Source of the DNA: Phallusia mammillata
Taxonomy: Eukaryota
Reading direction: 5' to 3'
NCBI GenBank assembly: GCA_965637545.1
Contig: OZ281499.1
Span: 15,996,001 to 16,060,000, forward strand
DNA length: 64,000 nt
The stretch's first letter is position 1; each line of letters opens with the position of its first letter. A model generated the notes under the pieces. The model saw only the letters and a program-made list of their open reading frames with translations. It was not told the DNA's origin and did not search any database. This document shows, piece after piece, positions 60,041 to 64,000 of the stretch. The position numbers and the translations under genes are program-made.

Positions 60041-61582
60041 ATCTACATACTTATGCTTACATGATGAAATTCCTGTCACACTCTACGAAACTAAGAATGA
60101 AACTGGTTTTGTTAAAGCTAAAAGTTTTGAAAAGCTCCATTGAAAGGCATCCTTGAACCGCGTGTTTGTTTGTACAAGTTGTTTCATGGGACTTTCCAAT
60201 ACGCATACACGGGGACTAGGTCCTACTGTCAGCGTATTGTTAATATTTTCCTCGCTAAAGCGTTGCGCCAGAAGTCATCTATAAATGTGAACTGTAAAAA
60301 AAGTTTAAAGTATGCTTAAAAGAGGTTGGATACACTCAACATCTTGATACATCATGTACAAGGGAGCCTTTTGTTTGTGTTCTAATTTTTTAAAGTACAG
60401 GGATGTTTTTACCTAAGTTTGTGCAGGTTTTCGTAGCAGATTAGAAAATTTCGCTGGCAACGTTTATATTTCGTTGCCCGACAACTTGGTATGTCCACGT
60501 GACCCTCTTCAACCTGGCTGTGCAAATCCACCCTGTGACGTAGAGGCGGTGGTCTACTTTCGCAATAAAGCGACGCGCAATATTTAGCTTGGTGAAACAT
60601 TAATTGAATTTTGGCTGACGGAGCTCAGTTCTTTCGTCTCTAACAGACAAGTGTAGGCTATTGAAAGAAGGGCATTAAAAAGAGGAGACAAAACAAGTTT
60701 GAAAGTCTTTTTAGTTTCGCTCTAACGAATCTGTAGTTCAAGTTTTACGTCGGTTCATGTTTTGACCTAATCAGATTTAGTTTTTAGTTCGTAGATCTTT
60801 TAAAAAAGACTGGTTCGAGAACTTTAATCGCTCTGTGATAGATTTTGATACATAACTTAATGTACACAGGCAGTCATATGGGGAGTGTTGTGGTTCCGTT
60901 GTTTTAAACAAAAGCAGCATGTTTAAATGCGCTGAGGCTAGGCGCTGTCAAAATGTTTTGTTTTGACGAAAAGTTTCACTGAAACATGTTGAAAACTTTC
61001 CGTCTACACCTATTTATAACTAACGAACATTCCACACAACTTGAACTGAGATTGATTATACTGAACAATAACTAATATTTGCATAAGGAACTGAAGATGC
61101 CAGTTAAGCGAAATATAGTTGTTCAATGTAAATTCTTTGAATGATTCTGTAAAATGGAAAACATTTTTTCATTCCCAGTTCCACACAACTTAAGTGCTGT
61201 TGCCAAACATCACTGTGTAGGAGGCCGCTAACGCATAAAAGTAGTTACAACTACTATAGCTATAGCTGTGATAGATCGCATAAAATATGCTTTATCTCGG
61301 TAAAACATGTATTTGCTGTGAGCAGCAGCAGTTTACAAAAACTTAAAAAAGTTTTAGCCTTGTTATGACATTCAGCCTTTTGCCTGCTGAGATATGAAGT
61401 TGTTCAGAGGGCAGTTCAACAAGGCGCTATAACAGTGATCTTCAAATCTGTCGTATTAAAACAGCAGACATAAGCAATTTTACCACTTAATCGTTTTTGT
61501 GTTCAGGCCTTGCAAAAATTGGGTGTCTCTGTGGAGTTTGGTATACAAAGGCGCGAAATCGGTTTTCGCTACAAAAAGAAAC

Positions 61583-63139
61583 ATGGAACTTCAATTCAAG
61601 GTAATTTTATTGCGTTTCCCCTCTTTATAGCCTACATTAAAAGCTTAACTAAACCTTTTCTAATTAGAGGTTTGATTTTCTACGTTTCTGACAGTATATA
61701 TTATCACCAACTATCATTAGACGAGATTAAACAGTCGGAATGTTTTTCGACTAGTCAGTTTGCAATGACGTCAGCAAATGAAACTGACCAGTGGGCGCCC
61801 GTGACGTCATAACGATTGTTAAATCTTATCACCGCGTGGAATTGTTTGTTCAAAGGCGTGGTTAGAATGTGCTTATATTGCTTCTGTATAAGCTTTACTA
61901 GTAGTTCAGAAAGGTCGTTTATGTAAGTTTTAGAGGAGAAACTTGCGGAATTTCAGTTCGTAAATGCACGGCCGTCGTCGGAAGACCGTTGTTTAAAACG
62001 TCCCGTGTGGCAATTTATCACGAAAACAAAGTGGCCCGTTAGGAGATAGCATGAGCAATGTTTGTTCGGGCTCGCTGGCAGCAAATATTGACTGTTCCAT
62101 GACTCGCTACATTCGCTGTCAAAGCTGTGTTTTTGGACAAACCTTGTCCAGGTCAATCGAACCGACCGATGTTCTTTGTTTTATCATTAGGCAAAAAAGA
62201 CTTTTGTAGCCAATTTTCCGATATTCAATTACTGCCAAGTTGTAATGTCGGGTTATTGTTTAAGTCTGAAAAAACACCAATAGAACACACAAAATAAAGG
62301 TATTGGACAACTTGTGAAACTCTAAACAGATTTAAAACAGGGAACACACGTTTTGACAAAACACTTAATTTGACCCTGCTTTAAACATTTGAATCAAACA
62401 TTTAAGGCAAATTGCATGTAGGGTGCGGTGCAGATTTTAAACATGTTGAAAATCTCCACCTCAAAATATTCCTTCAGCGATTTCAGCCAACAATTAATAT
62501 CAATCGTTACTCTCACCCACGGAAAATCCAGTACCGTTTAGTAAATATACCCTTTGTATCGATATTTACTACTGCGAGTTTGGTGCAACCACTTTCGTTT
62601 CAAAATTGGCTCTACACCAGCATACTCTTTCCCAGTTTTATTGTTGGAGCAATAAAAAAGTTCGCGTTGCTACGTTTAGGCAAGGTTAGGAATTTCCCCC
62701 CTATTTTTAGATGCGTATTTGCCGATTACATTGGCGTTGAACTTTTCATATCAATTCAAGTTACACAATATTTCGGCAAATTGTAGGGGGGTGGGGACAA
62801 ATTGTCTGTGAAAACATAATAATAACTTAAAACAGTTATTTTGTTTGTACAACAGTGGATAAAACGATACGGTCGTTTGAATTGCCAGAAATAAAATTTT
62901 TAACTGTACCAGCCAAATGATTATTAAACGGAGACATCAATGCATAATTTTTCCCGAAAATGCTTTGATTGTCACGCACCATGGTACTGAATGAATTTGT
63001 GCACATCCATGTATGGGAAGTGTATAATATGTAATAGTAACAAATTCTTGCGTGAAAATAGGCTTACAAACATTTTAATCGCATTTGTTTTTATTTTTCC
63101 AGATCACACTCTGTTTGGCATTTGCACTGGTCACAGGAG
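61583..63139 (+). CDS. Probable 5' end of a secreted-protein gene continuing beyond the window (signal peptide only)
   Basis: Exon 61583-61600 (ATGGAACTTCAATTCAAG|gtaatt) plus exon 63103-63139 (tttttatttttccag|...GGAG|gtaagt) give MELQFKITLCLAFALVTG, which is signal-peptide-like and ends in phase 1. No mature domain is visible. Confidence 0.45.
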
Positions 63140-63586
63140 GTAAGTTACCAAAATGTGTGGCTTTATCAGTAAGCCTATAAACTGCCATAAAACAATGAAA
63201 CGTAGTTTTGAGATTAATTTCTGTCTTACCATATGCAAAGCTTTAGAATTCACAATGGGGTTAGTTATATGAAAAAAAGTTTGTCGCATCTCAAACAAAA
63301 AACTCATGCCTCCACTCCGACTGTTTTATTGAGTGCTGTGTTTGTACTATTTATTGCCCATTCACAGTCTTTACAAGAAAGGCAATAACCGAGTACAGCA
63401 ATACAAAAATTCAAAAGCGAATGTTTTTGACATAAATCAAAATAATACTTTAAATCTAGGTATCTAAAGTGAAATCTTAGATATTGGTCAATATAATCAG
63501 TAGATGTGAATTTTTGGAGATCAAAACCGGATTTCTAAAAATAGGAATATTGAAAAAGCAAATACCGGAAAATATATGTCTTACAT

Positions 63587-64000
63587 CAGCGGTTCCCAAA
63601 CTGGGGTCCGCGGTCCTTTAGGGGTCCGTGAGGCAATTTTGGGGGGACCGCGAAGCGGTTGAAGCAATTCTATAATCTTATTTGGCGTCAGATTGTGCCA
63701 CTGAATAAGTTTAAATCAAAGTAGAATTGAGAATCTACTGTCTCCATTGCTAAACAATGATCTTTATTGAATGACAACTATCATAAAAGCAATTGTTTGC
63801 GCACAATTGCAATGTTTTTTGTCCTGTTTGTGATGTCACAAGCTGTCTTTGGATGATTGTTATGCGCAATTTTGCATAACTAGCTAAAATCCTGCAATCA
63901 ACTTTCGTTTTTTTGAAATACACATTCAGGCTTAAGGACCGCGAGCCCTTGAAATAATGGCAAAGGGACCGTTTTGAAAAAAATATGAAAAAGTTTGGGA
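63587..64000. mobile_element. hAT MITE truncated by the window edge
   Basis: Starts CAGCGGTTCCCAAACTGGGGTCCGCG; the window ends in AAAGTTTGGGA, the start of the complementary TIR; left flank TCTTACAT. Confidence 0.8.

Overview
AT-rich, intron-containing animal genomic DNA; gene content and compact introns suggest an invertebrate chordate, probably an ascidian (inference). Five multi-exon genes were rebuilt by hand with phase-consistent GT-AG junctions. On the minus strand: PACRG (1580-3350), a TPBG/5T4-like LRR membrane protein (4462-8296), a 17-exon glycoprotein-hormone-receptor-type GPCR (11512-34028) and a class II helical cytokine (interferon/IL-10/tissue factor family) receptor-like gene (48417-57358). 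On the plus strand: CHMP1 (44703-47180). A sixth, secreted-protein gene probably starts at 61583 and leaves the window. Mobile DNA includes a young 5'-truncated Neptune-type Penelope-like retroelement (RT + GIY-YIG) with a minimal hammerhead ribozyme at its 3' end, inserted inside a hAT MITE, plus several other hAT MITEs with 8-bp target site duplications, some nested. The most notable items are the class II cytokine receptor-like gene (1-2-1-0-1 intron phases, extra N-terminal Ig-like domain, long tyrosine-motif tail) and the hammerhead-bearing retroelement. No database searches were run; family calls rest on remembered motifs.
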